From Mycobacteriales bacterium (GTDB lineage: Bacteria; Actinomycetota; Actinomycetes; BP-191): 47,034 nt of DNA. The stretch covers positions 1-47,034 of the forward strand of contig JBKJZO010000167.1 in the NCBI GenBank assembly GCA_046715235.1, read 5' to 3'. A program made the translations under genes and the position numbers. Under the pieces are notes generated by a model. It worked only from the letters and a program-made list of their open reading frames with translations. It was not told the DNA's origin and ran no database searches. Positions 38,886 to 47,034 of the stretch are shown here, in pieces. Numbering within the stretch: position 1 is the stretch's first letter; every line of letters starts with the position of its first letter.

Positions 38886-39072
38886 TCCACAGGGTGTGGA
38901 CAAGCTTGGGGACGGGTAGTCGGTTCTGTCGCTGTTGTCAAGAGTTCACCGGAAATACTTCGGTTGGATCGTTCACCGTTGATCCAATTGGCGGTGTGGG
39001 CAAGATCGACCTCTGCCGACGTATGGGGGGGATGGCGGGGACTGGCCGCCGGAGAGCACCCCCCCATCTCCT

Positions 39073-39101
39073 TTGCCGCCGTACCCGGGCCCCCGTATCA
39101 T
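39073..39101 (+). promoter_or_regulatory. Housekeeping-sigma promoter for tRNA pair: TTGCCG-N17-TATCAT
   Basis: Consensus-like hexamers with 17-nt spacer about 40 nt before tRNA-Ser. Confidence 0.6.
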
Positions 39102-39142
39102 CGGCGCGGGCCGAGCGGCCTCGTTTGCTTGTCAGGCTCCAG

Positions 39143-39236
39143 GGAGGCTTCGCCTAGTCCGGTCTATGGCGCCGCACTGCTAATGCGGTTTGGGGCTTCA
39201 ACCCCATCCCGGGTTCAAATCCCGGAGCCTCCGCCA
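39143..39236 (+). tRNA. tRNA-Ser (anticodon GCU)
   Basis: GGAGGCT/AGCCTCC acceptor, CCGCA-CTGCTAA-TGCGG, long variable arm, GTTCAAATC, encoded CCA. Confidence 0.95.
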
Positions 39237-39237
39237 A

Positions 39238-39313
39238 GCGCTCGTAGCTCAACGGATAGAGCATCTGACTACGGATCAGAAGGTTGGGGGTTCGAGTCCC
39301 TCCGAGCGCACCA
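39238..39313 (+). tRNA. tRNA-Arg (anticodon ACG)
   Basis: GCGCTCG/CGAGCGC acceptor, TCTGA-CTACGGA-TCAGA, GTTCGAGTC, encoded CCA. Confidence 0.96.
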
Positions 39314-39448
39314 CATGCAATAACCGCAGGTCAGCCGACCGGGGCTGGCCGGCGTGCGATCGGCACCAGCGCAGACACCTTGCGTCGTTCGGGCGAAACG
39401 TCTCCGGACGCCGGGCTACGCTCGCGCGTGCGACTGAGCGTGTTGCCG

Positions 39449-39835
39449 TTACACGTGCTCGATGCGCAGCCGCGCGCCCGAGGCGTTGGCGATCGCCCGA
39501 ATGTGCCCGTCGTTCGATGTGACCACGGCATCGCGACGCCGGGTTGCGCCCTCGACGACGGTCACATCGACGATGTCGTCGTGAGATGCCTTTCCTGCGA
39601 GTACGCCGACTCGGCGCGCCTGCTCCTCGCTCATCTCCTCGACCTCGCACAACGCGAGAAGCCGAGACAGGCTCGCCTGCCGGCCGCCGCCGCGCCATGC
39701 CTCGGCCAGCACTGGCGCAGGCACGATCGGGCCGACCTCCTCGGCAAGGAAGCCGGCATGCAATGCCCACATCGCCCGGTCATTGCGCGCGGCAGCGACC
39801 AGTGCACCCGTGTCATAGGTGACGCCGCCCATCAT
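39449..39835 (-). CDS. PIN-domain (VapC-like) toxin
   Basis: YDTGAL, PVLAEAWR, DIVD, VVTSND; start overlaps antitoxin stop. Confidence 0.85.
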   Translation of the reverse strand: MMGGVTYDTGALVAAARNDRAMWALHAGFLAEEVGPIVPAPVLAEAWRGGGRQASLSRLLALCEVEEMSEEQARRVGVLAGKASHDDIVDVTVVEGATRRRDAVVTSNDGHIRAIANASGARLRIEHV

Positions 39836-40098
39836 GCCGAGCGGCGGGTCGAACGGGCCTTGGTCCGGCCCAGCGCTGAGCGCGCACGCGCAAGCCCCGC
39901 TGCGAGTTCTTCGGGAGTGAGCGGTCCGTGCTCCTTCTCCCAGGAAGCGAGCCCGCGCCGCCCGGCCTCGAGTCGCAACCTCTGCGCGGCCGTCTCCGCC
40001 AGCCACCCGCTGAAGGTGGTGCCGCCGTTCGCGGCGGCCTTGTCGATCGACTCGGCGAGCTCCGCTGGCAACGACACCGAACGCTTCTCGCGAGCCAT
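39832..40098 (-). CDS. Ribbon-helix-helix antitoxin
   Basis: KRSVSLPAELAESID..FSGWLAE; WEKEHGPLTPEE. Confidence 0.82.
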   Translation of the reverse strand: MAREKRSVSLPAELAESIDKAAANGGTTFSGWLAETAAQRLRLEAGRRGLASWEKEHGPLTPEELAAGLARARSALGRTKARSTRRSA

Positions 40099-40169
40099 GC
40101 CGGGAAAGTAGTACAGGCGGCAGGACAGGAGTGCCGCTGCCCTCGCGACAGGCGATCTGATCCGCCCTC

Positions 40170-40217
40170 TTGACGGGGCCACCCTGGCGGATAACGTACA
40201 ACTATATGGTTGTACGT
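40170..40217 (+). promoter_or_regulatory. Promoter TTGACG-N16-TAACGT with overlapping palindrome ACGTACAAC-N6-GTTGTACGT
   Basis: Perfect 9-bp arms 40194-40202 and 40209-40217 straddle the ATG at 40206; probable ArsR autoregulatory operator. Confidence 0.78.
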
Positions 40218-40583
40218 CGTGGGGTCGCCGAGCGAGCCGCTGCCGATCGCAGCGATCGGTTGTTCCATGCGTTGGCCGACCCCACCCGCCGCGACATCGT
40301 GCGGGTGGTTCTCCAAAACGAGCTCTCGGTATCCGCGCTGGCCCAGCGCTACCCGATGAGCTTCGCCGCGGTGCAGAAACACGTGGCCGTACTGGAGTGT
40401 GCCGAGTTGGTCCACAAACGCCGTCAAGGCAGAGAACAACTGGTGCGGGGTGACATCGAGGCGCTGCGCACCGTCAACCGGCTGCTCGATCAATACGAAG
40501 CGGTCTGGCGCAGCCGCATCGATCAGATGGACGAGATCCTCGCCGAGAGCGAGACAGCGACGAACAAGGAGAAACACCGATGA
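40206..40583 (+). CDS. ArsR/SmtB family regulator
   Basis: FHALADPTRRDI, SFAAVQKHVAVLE, RRQGRE. Confidence 0.9.
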   Translation: MVVRRGVAERAAADRSDRLFHALADPTRRDIVRVVLQNELSVSALAQRYPMSFAAVQKHVAVLECAELVHKRRQGREQLVRGDIEALRTVNRLLDQYEAVWRSRIDQMDEILAESETATNKEKHR

Positions 40584-41065
40584 CGCTTAAGGAAGTGGAG
40601 AAGGACCCCGCGACCCTCACCATGAAGGTGACGGCCGAGTTCAACGCCCCCCTCGAACGGGTGTGGCAGTTGTACGCCGACCCTCGCCAGCTCGAGCGCT
40701 GGTGGGGCCCGCCCACCTACCCCGCCACAGTCGTCGACCACGACCTCGTGCCCGGGGGGAACGTGACCTACTTCATGACGGGGCCAGAGGGCGACAAGCA
40801 CCACGGGTGGTGGCAAATCCTGGCGGTCGACGCGCCGCATTCCTTCGAAGCGCGGGACGGGTTCGCCGACGACAGCGGAGCTCCCAACCCCGACCTGCCG
40901 ACGATGACCATGCGGTTTGTGCTCTCCGAGGAGGACGGCGTCACGCAGGTGGTGACCACCACGACCTTCCCCAGCCTGGAGGCGATGGAGCAGCTGGTGA
41001 ACATGGGGATGGAGGAGGGCATGCGCGAAGCGATGGCCCAGATGGACGACGTCCTCGCCGCCTGA
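40580..41065 (+). CDS. SRPBCC/AHSA1-domain protein
   Basis: FNAPLERVWQLYADP..WWGP, DGFAD, MGMEEG. Confidence 0.9.
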   Translation: MTLKEVEKDPATLTMKVTAEFNAPLERVWQLYADPRQLERWWGPPTYPATVVDHDLVPGGNVTYFMTGPEGDKHHGWWQILAVDAPHSFEARDGFADDSGAPNPDLPTMTMRFVLSEEDGVTQVVTTTTFPSLEAMEQLVNMGMEEGMREAMAQMDDVLAA

Positions 41066-41146
41066 TCGCGCGCTTCCCCCCCGCCCACGGCAACCGTTTT
41101 CGCGAGAGGTTTACCGGCTGGTTCTGTGTACGTCGGCGGCGCGACA

Positions 41147-41184
41147 CCTCCCTGCGGTCTGCTTCGGCTGACTTAGCAGGGAGG
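41147..41184 (+). promoter_or_regulatory. RBS-sequestering stem-loop with C(UUCG)G loop
   Basis: CCTCCCTGC (41147-41155) pairs with GCAGGGAGG (41176-41184); inner GGTC/GACT and GC-TTCG-GC. Confidence 0.65.
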
Positions 41185-41189
41185 CGCCC

Positions 41190-41957
41190 GTGACACGCCC
41201 TAGCCACCCACTGCCCAGGTACGCCGCCGGCGCGGTAGTCACGGCGGCCGGACCGCAGATGCGGTCAGTGCTCTACGACCTGTCCCTGCCGACGTTCGAG
41301 CGGTGGGCCGCCGAGTGGGGCTGGGCCGTGCAGGCTGTCGACCTACCTTCCGACGGTTTCGGTGCGGACGCCGGCGCGCAGCGCGCCAAGTGGGCCAAGA
41401 TCCAACTGCTTCGGGAGGCGCTCCGGGTCTATCCGATGGCGCTGTGGCTCGACGCCGACGTACTACTGCTGCGCAACGACGAGGACATCGCGACTCACCT
41501 GCACGCCGATCACTTCCAGGCGCTCGCCTTGGAGTCCGTGCCGGCCGAACACCGGGTCAACCCCAACACGGGCGTGTGGCTCATGCGTTCCTGTCGCGAC
41601 TCGTGGTCCTTCCTCGACGCGGTCGAACGCGCTGGGCAGCAGCCAGGCCCGTGGGCCGATCAGGGCGCGGTGCTGCAAACACTCGGCTGGGACCGCGGCG
41701 ATGAGCGCTATCACTGGGCCGGCCCCGGCCCGGGTAACCACTTCCTGTCAGGCACGAGCTGGCTGCCGACAGGTTGGAACCAGCCGTGGCTCGACGACCG
41801 CGATGAAGGCGACGCGTTCAACAGCACGGCGTCGTCGTACGCCGACCGCCCCCAGGTGCGCGACCCGCACGCGCTGCACTTCATGGGTATGACGCCGGTC
41901 GCCCGGTATCAGGCGATGGCACGAGTCGCTCACCGCCGTCTCGCCCAGCTCGCGTAG
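41190..41957 (+). CDS. GT-A nucleotide-sugar transferase, GT34-like
   Basis: WAKIQLLREAL, LWLDAD (DxD), NTGVWLMR, WADQGA, LHFMG. Confidence 0.75.
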   Translation: MTRPSHPLPRYAAGAVVTAAGPQMRSVLYDLSLPTFERWAAEWGWAVQAVDLPSDGFGADAGAQRAKWAKIQLLREALRVYPMALWLDADVLLLRNDEDIATHLHADHFQALALESVPAEHRVNPNTGVWLMRSCRDSWSFLDAVERAGQQPGPWADQGAVLQTLGWDRGDERYHWAGPGPGNHFLSGTSWLPTGWNQPWLDDRDEGDAFNSTASSYADRPQVRDPHALHFMGMTPVARYQAMARVAHRRLAQLA

Positions 41958-41981
41958 GCACTCTCGCCTCGCGGACCAGCC

Positions 41982-42008
41982 GTTCAGGCATCGTTCACGA
42001 CGTGTTGG
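41982..42008 (+). promoter_or_regulatory. Putative PHO box (11-nt direct repeat units)
   Basis: GTTCA at 41982 and 41993, GTTGG at 42004: exact 11-nt period. Confidence 0.65.
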
Positions 42009-42044
42009 TTGGCGCGACAGAAACGGCTGTTTGGCTCAGCACCC

Positions 42045-43592
42045 ATGAAGCCTTCGAAGACGTTTCTCGTGTCCACCCTTGTCGCCGTCGTCGCCTTCAG
42101 CGCGACGGGCGCATCCGCAGCCTCCCCGCTCGCGCCGGCGGATTCCTACGCCACCGGACTGGGCGCGGCGAGCGCTGAGATCGTCGCACTCGACGGTGAC
42201 CGCGCCTACGTCATCAACACGGCCACCTCCGCGATCGACATCCTCAGCGTCGGTGCGGAAGGGCAGTTGACCCTCGTACGCCGAGTCGACCTGAGCGCGT
42301 ACGGCGCCGGCGGCAACAGCGTGGCAGCCAAGGACGGCATCGTCGCCGTCGCGCTCGACGCAGCGGTCAAGACGGACCCGGGCAACATCGTCTTCCTCAA
42401 CCGTGACGGTGATGTGCTCACGTCGGTGAAGGCCGGGGCGCTGCCAGACATGGTGACGTTCACGCCCGACGGCAAGCACCTGCTGGTTGCCAACGAGGGG
42501 GAGCCGAACGACGACTACACCGTCGATCCCGAGGGATCGGTGACGGTGATGAGCGTCCGGCCGCTGATCGCGCGACGGAACGGCAACGCGGGCAATGCAG
42601 GCAACCTCGTGCGCGAAGCTGACTTCCGCTCAGTTGCTATCCCGGCAGGCGTCCGCATCTTCGGGCCGGGTGCGTCGGCCGCACAGGACATCGAGCCCGA
42701 ATACATCGCGGTCGACCCAGACGGGCGGACCGCCTACGTGACGCTGCAGGAGAACAACGCGATTGCTGTGCTCGACATCCAGCACGCGCGGATCACCCGC
42801 GTCATGCCGCTCGGCCTCAAGGACTACCGGGTGCTCGGCAACGATCTCGACGGCAACGACCAGAACGGCATCGCGATCGCGCCGACGACCGTGCCGGTCT
42901 TCGGGATGTACCAGCCTGACGGTATAGCCGCGTTCAAGCACGCCGGTCGGACCTACCTGATCACCGCCAACGAGGGCGATGTACGCGAGTGGGGTTCCTA
43001 CATCGAAGCGGCCAGAGCATCGACGCTGACCAGCCGGCTCGATGCCGCCGCATTCCCTTCGGGGCTGCCGACCGCCGTACGCCGGCTCAACGTCTCGACT
43101 GCAACCGGCGACACGGACGGCGACGGTGACTTCGACCAGCTGCACGCGTTCGGTGCCCGGTCGTTCTCCATCTGGACCACGGACGGCACGCTCGTCTACG
43201 ACAGCGGCGACGACCTCGAACGTCTTGTCGCGCAGCTCAACCCGGTGGCGTTCAACGTCTCCAACTCCAACAACACTGTCGACAACCGCAGCGACGACAA
43301 GGGCCCCGAGCCCGAGAACGTGACGACCGGTGTGATCGACGGCCGCCGCTACGCGTTCATCGCCCTCGAGCGGGTCGGGGGCGTCATGGTCTTCGACATC
43401 ACCGACCCCGCCGCACCGGTGTTCCAGTCGTGGGCCAACAACCGCACCTACGGCGCTGGCCCGGTCGGCCCCGACTCCGGACCGGAGGGCTTGGCCTTCG
43501 CTCCCGCCGGATCCGCACCCACCGGCACGCCGCTGCTCCTCGTGGGCAACGAGATCAGCGGAACCGTCACGTCGTACACGCCCGCGCCTTAA
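42045..43592 (+). CDS. Secreted choice-of-anchor I family beta-propeller protein
   Basis: Signal peptide ending ASA, GALPDMVTFTPDG..ANEGEP, EPEYI, YQPDGIA, TANEGD, RSDDKGPEPE, NEISGT. Confidence 0.85.
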   Translation: MKPSKTFLVSTLVAVVAFSATGASAASPLAPADSYATGLGAASAEIVALDGDRAYVINTATSAIDILSVGAEGQLTLVRRVDLSAYGAGGNSVAAKDGIVAVALDAAVKTDPGNIVFLNRDGDVLTSVKAGALPDMVTFTPDGKHLLVANEGEPNDDYTVDPEGSVTVMSVRPLIARRNGNAGNAGNLVREADFRSVAIPAGVRIFGPGASAAQDIEPEYIAVDPDGRTAYVTLQENNAIAVLDIQHARITRVMPLGLKDYRVLGNDLDGNDQNGIAIAPTTVPVFGMYQPDGIAAFKHAGRTYLITANEGDVREWGSYIEAARASTLTSRLDAAAFPSGLPTAVRRLNVSTATGDTDGDGDFDQLHAFGARSFSIWTTDGTLVYDSGDDLERLVAQLNPVAFNVSNSNNTVDNRSDDKGPEPENVTTGVIDGRRYAFIALERVGGVMVFDITDPAAPVFQSWANNRTYGAGPVGPDSGPEGLAFAPAGSAPTGTPLLLVGNEISGTVTSYTPAP

Positions 43593-43662
43593 CTGCACGC
43601 CAACCGATTGGACGCTACCTGCGTCTCATCGTGAACCCCGTCAACGGTGACCTGTTCACCTG

Positions 43663-43697
43663 GGAGCGCGTCGCGGTCGGTTGGGGCGTCGCGCTCC
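43663..43697. terminator. Hairpin between convergent genes
   Basis: GGAGCGCG...CGCGCTCC; no U tract. Confidence 0.4.
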
Positions 43698-43717
43698 ACC
43701 GTGGCGGCCGACCTCCG

Positions 43718-44092
43718 TCAGCTCGCGTTTGCCATGTTCTTCTCGACGACCTCGAGTGTGTGCTGCAGCTCCGTGGTCGGGCTGAACTCGATGACCTCCG
43801 TGCCGGCGTACAGAACCGGGGTGTGCCCCGGGCCGACGTAGTACGCATCGCCGGTCTCAAACGTCTCGTCCCCGGTTGCCGTCTTGAACGTCAGCTTGCC
43901 GTTGACGACGTAGCCCCAGTGCGGGGCCTGGCACTTGTCGTCAGGCAGGCCGACGAAGAACGGCGCCAGGTCTGCGTCGGCGGTGTAGGTCTCGAACGCG
44001 ACCGTGTAGCCGCCCTCGAAGTTCTCGATGTGACCCTCGTAGCCGTCGAGTTCGACTGACTTGGATGCGGTCGCCTTGGATGTCTTGGGCAT
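43718..44092 (-). CDS. Cupin-fold protein
   Basis: CQAPHWGYVVNG, GDAYYVGPGHTP, EFSP; RBS ggaaggaaag. Confidence 0.82.
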   Translation of the reverse strand: MPKTSKATASKSVELDGYEGHIENFEGGYTVAFETYTADADLAPFFVGLPDDKCQAPHWGYVVNGKLTFKTATGDETFETGDAYYVGPGHTPVLYAGTEVIEFSPTTELQHTLEVVEKNMANAS

Positions 44093-44174
44093 GGCTTTCC
44101 TTCCCTTCCACGGTTTCACCGCGGCGGTTGTGGGGTGTGGTCGTTTGGCAGGCGTGGCGGCGTCGGGGGCCGCC

Positions 44175-44588
44175 TCACCACCGGACCATGGGGGCTTCGT
44201 CGGCTTGCCGCGCGATCTCGCCGGGCGGCCAGCAACCTGTGCAGTACTCCGTGTGCTCGACGACGGCGTCGCCGTCAATGACGAAGATGTCCAGGGCTCG
44301 CCACAGGTACTCGCCGTCGTCACCGTCGAAGCGCATCTCCTCCTCGATGATCACGCCTTCGCGGGTGGGAAAGACCCGGTGGTGCGTGCATCGCAGGTTG
44401 GCGAAGCCCTTCGTCGTCTCGACGAAGTACTGGGCCGCCGCGTCACGGCCCTGGAGCTGGAACCGCCACGTGGGCAGGTTCACGTCGAGCAGTACGTCGG
44501 GTGCGTACGTCGACGTGATGGCTTCCCAGTCCGCGTCCCGGAACGCTGTGTCGAGCCGGTCGGCGACAGAAGTGGTCTGTGGCGTCAT
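44175..44588 (-). CDS. SnoaL/NTF2-like protein
   Basis: DWEAITSTYAPDV, GRDAAAQYF, beta-meander C-terminus; RBS ggagg. Confidence 0.78.
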   Translation of the reverse strand: MTPQTTSVADRLDTAFRDADWEAITSTYAPDVLLDVNLPTWRFQLQGRDAAAQYFVETTKGFANLRCTHHRVFPTREGVIIEEEMRFDGDDGEYLWRALDIFVIDGDAVVEHTEYCTGCWPPGEIARQADEAPMVRW

Positions 44589-44676
44589 GGTGACCTCCGT
44601 GGGAGCTAGCGTCTGCTGGCTCTACTCAAGTTGCGTGAGTCTTCGTCTTACGGTGTGACGGTGGCGCGAAAACGTG

Positions 44677-47034
44677 TCATAGATCCCAGTTGATGGGGTG
44701 TTCCGGCACGTAGGAACAGAACGTGCCCGTACGCACGGACCGGCGCAGGTGGCTACCCAGGCCGGGATCGACTGCCTCGATGCGTGTGATTGCGTCCCGG
44801 ATGCGTTGAGTCACCGCGGAGCGCGCCCGCTCGGTTGAATCGCCGCGCGGCCGCGCGCGCCCACCGAGTCCGTACGCTGCCGAGAGCTCCGCGATCAGGG
44901 CGTCGCGTTCGACGTGCAGGCGCTCCGAGCGGACGACGTCGGCGTTCTGATCCGCGTCGGCCAGGTCGGCTTCGATGTCCAGCAGCCGGGCGCGGTACTG
45001 GCGACGCGCGGAGTCGTCGATCGGGTCACCCGGCGCATCGGAGGCGAGCGTCGGACCTTCAGCAACCAGATCGAGCACGTGCACCTCGTTGCCCGGCTGG
45101 GCAAGGAGCTTCGCGAGATCACGCATTCCTTTGGTGTCGCGCAGATGCGCGGCCGTCCCGTCGAGGCCGATCGACCAGACCTCGCCGTCTCGGCGGAAGC
45201 GGTTGGGGGCGTCCGGCGCCGCCGGCTCGGCCCGAACAGGAGCCTCGACTGCGTCGGCGGCATGGCTCAGGCCGAGCGAAGCGAACAGGGCCTTCGCCTC
45301 GGCCCGCTGTGCCTCATTGCCCAGAGCCTCGCCCGAGTCGCGCAGAGTGCCCGCGACCAGCAACGCCGCTCCAGTCCCGCGGTGCTGCAGCAGCGCGGCT
45401 TCCAGATGCCGGCTGGCTCGCTCAGTTACGCCGGACAGCGCGGCCAACAGCCCCAGCGGCCGCTCGACGCTCCCCATGTTGTAGCCGCCGATGCCGTCGA
45501 TGGCATACAGGTGGCCGAACGGCGCCAGCGCGGCGTACAGCTCGGTGGCCATCGCATCCGCACGCGTGAGCCAGGCGGCGTGGGCGAGCATGACGACCGA
45601 CGGCAGCCACTCCGAGCCGAGGGCGTCGAACGTGTAGTCGGCAAGGGTGACGGCCGCCAGTACGTCGGCAGCCCGGTCGAGGTCGCCGCCGGCGGCGTGG
45701 GCGTAGGCCAGCGCCGGTCGGGTCATGATCGCGTACCTCGGCCATCTCGCGGTCAGGTCGGCGAAGAACGCGATGGCATCAGCAGGCTCGCGGGTCTCGC
45801 ATTGCAGCATGGCTCGTTGCGAGGTGGTGAGCATGGCCGCGTTGTCGCTGTGCGCGAGCTCGCCAATGCGGGTCGCCTCGAGCCGCAGACGTTCCGCCGC
45901 GTCCAGGTCACCCTCCATGTCAGCGCGCATGGCCCGCCACAGCGGCACGTACCACGAGTACCCGACCTGTCCCAGCCGGTCGGCACGGGCGGCGTACGAC
46001 GCGATCTCGCCGTCCACCTCGTTGATGGCGCCCGCTTCGAGCAACGCGACGACCCGCAGTCGCCGTCCGAGCAGCTCGAGGCGGGTGTCGCCTGCACTGG
46101 TCGCACAGGCCAGGATCTCGGTGCTCGCGTCGAGCCGGCGCTCGACGTCCGTCGGCCCGGCGATGACGTCGCACCACGACGCGAGGGCGTAGCCGAGCGC
46201 GAGTTCGTCGCCTTCGTCGCGAGCGAGCGTGACCGCTTCGGTGCTCAGGCTCGCCCGGCGTCCGAGGTCGGCGTCCAGTGACAGTGCGACCGAGAGGCGC
46301 GCGAGGACCTGCGAGCGCAACGCGCCGTCGGCGAGCGTCGCGGCCTCCTCGAGCAGTGCGATTTGCTCCTGGTCGAACGGCGGCACTTCGAACCCGCCGG
46401 GACCAGACCCGACGCCCAGAGCGGCGCGGGCCAGCAGGTGTGGCCATCCGTGCTGACGAGCCAGCCGCACCACGACGTCGTACGCCGATCGCGCGCCCGG
46501 CTGGTCGCCTGCCGCCGACAGTGCGTCACCCAGGTCGAGGAGTAACTCGGCACGAACCGCGTCGTCGGCCGGGCACAGCTCCTGCGCGGCGAGAGCGCGC
46601 TGAAAGTCTCGCGCCGCGTCCTCGTAAGCAAGCATCTCCATGCTCTCCCGACCCGCGGCCGCGGCGTACCGCACCGCCTTGGCCGCGACCCCGGACGCGG
46701 CGGCGTTCGCGTAGTGGTGAGCAAGTTCGGCCGACGGGATGGACAGCCCTCGATCGCGCAACTGCTCCAAGGACTCGCCCACGTCGCGATGGAGGCGCAC
46801 CCGCCGGGGGAGTCCGGCGCCGGCGTAGCACGCCTCCGCCATCAGGGGATGCGAGAACTCGTACGAGCCGATCCCGCTGCTGCGCACCAGCCCGGCGACA
46901 TGTGCTTCGTCAACGACTGCCAGGACGGAGCCCGCGTCCGAGCCGAGAGTCTCGGCGAGCACGTCGAGCCGGAAGCGCCGCCCGATCACGCTGGCCGTCT
47001 GCAACAGCTGTTGGCACTGGGGGGACAGGCTCGA
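44677..47034 (-). CDS. Large STAND-type ATPase/TPR regulator, 5' end beyond window
   Basis: Frame open to the window edge; ASVIGRRF, YEFSHPL, AELAHHY, TPR-like helices, C-terminal SVRTGTFCSY. Confidence 0.85.
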   Translation of the reverse strand, partial: SSLSPQCQQLLQTASVIGRRFRLDVLAETLGSDAGSVLAVVDEAHVAGLVRSSGIGSYEFSHPLMAEACYAGAGLPRRVRLHRDVGESLEQLRDRGLSIPSAELAHHYANAAASGVAAKAVRYAAAAGRESMEMLAYEDAARDFQRALAAQELCPADDAVRAELLLDLGDALSAAGDQPGARSAYDVVVRLARQHGWPHLLARAALGVGSGPGGFEVPPFDQEQIALLEEAATLADGALRSQVLARLSVALSLDADLGRRASLSTEAVTLARDEGDELALGYALASWCDVIAGPTDVERRLDASTEILACATSAGDTRLELLGRRLRVVALLEAGAINEVDGEIASYAARADRLGQVGYSWYVPLWRAMRADMEGDLDAAERLRLEATRIGELAHSDNAAMLTTSQRAMLQCETREPADAIAFFADLTARWPRYAIMTRPALAYAHAAGGDLDRAADVLAAVTLADYTFDALGSEWLPSVVMLAHAAWLTRADAMATELYAALAPFGHLYAIDGIGGYNMGSVERPLGLLAALSGVTERASRHLEAALLQHRGTGAALLVAGTLRDSGEALGNEAQRAEAKALFASLGLSHAADAVEAPVRAEPAAPDAPNRFRRDGEVWSIGLDGTAAHLRDTKGMRDLAKLLAQPGNEVHVLDLVAEGPTLASDAPGDPIDDSARRQYRARLLDIEADLADADQNADVVRSERLHVERDALIAELSAAYGLGGRARPRGDSTERARSAVTQRIRDAITRIEAVDPGLGSHLRRSVRTGTFCSYVPEHPINWDL

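Noticed and set aside
28795-39142. Intact integrative element at tRNA-Ser
   Set aside because: No integrase, and no duplicated tRNA 3' end found by eye; only an accessory hotspot is supportable
42579-42606. NGNAGNAGN micro-repeat
   Set aside because: Short low-complexity loop within a CDS
44914-46281. 455-aa plus-strand ORF
   Set aside because: Antisense to the STAND regulator; no recognisable domain
1-47034. CRISPR array, IS element, prophage, rRNA
   Set aside because: No regularly spaced repeats and no transposase, phage or rRNA signatures seen

Overview
High-GC actinobacterial chromosomal segment with no rRNA, CRISPR array, integrase or transposase visible. Family assignments come from motifs read by eye and recalled family signatures; no searches were run. 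The left part is mostly core genes. It holds a geranylgeranyl-reductase-family gene, arcA, and a FAS-II cluster (fasR/mabR-fabD-fabH-fabG-acpP-fabF-accD) with a MabR/FasR-type operator. It continues with degenerate signalling or nuclease-like genes, larB/larC, pheA, serS, a Cof HAD hydrolase, rmuC, bpa and a partial partner-switching module. Between pheA and serS lies an accessory patch: a long palindrome, an AbiEi/DUF559-type gene, and an internally deleted ECF41 (SigJ-like) sigma gene whose two back-to-back TGTCACA-N16-CGTC promoters are still intact. Just 3' of tRNA-Ser(UGA) is a methyltransferase plus nuclease cassette: an M.SacI-like C5 MTase with a two-domain PD-(D/E)XK protein. After it come decayed genes and small ORFs missing from the ORF track (a 48-aa C2H2 zinc finger and a 58-aa Cys/His protein), a LuxR-ATPase regulator, and tRNA-Ser(GCU)/tRNA-Arg(ACG). 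The right end has a VapBC-type pair, ArsR-SRPBCC, a GT34-like transferase behind an RBS-sequestering UUCG hairpin, a secreted choice-of-anchor-I protein behind PHO-box-like repeats, and a STAND-type regulator cut by the window edge.
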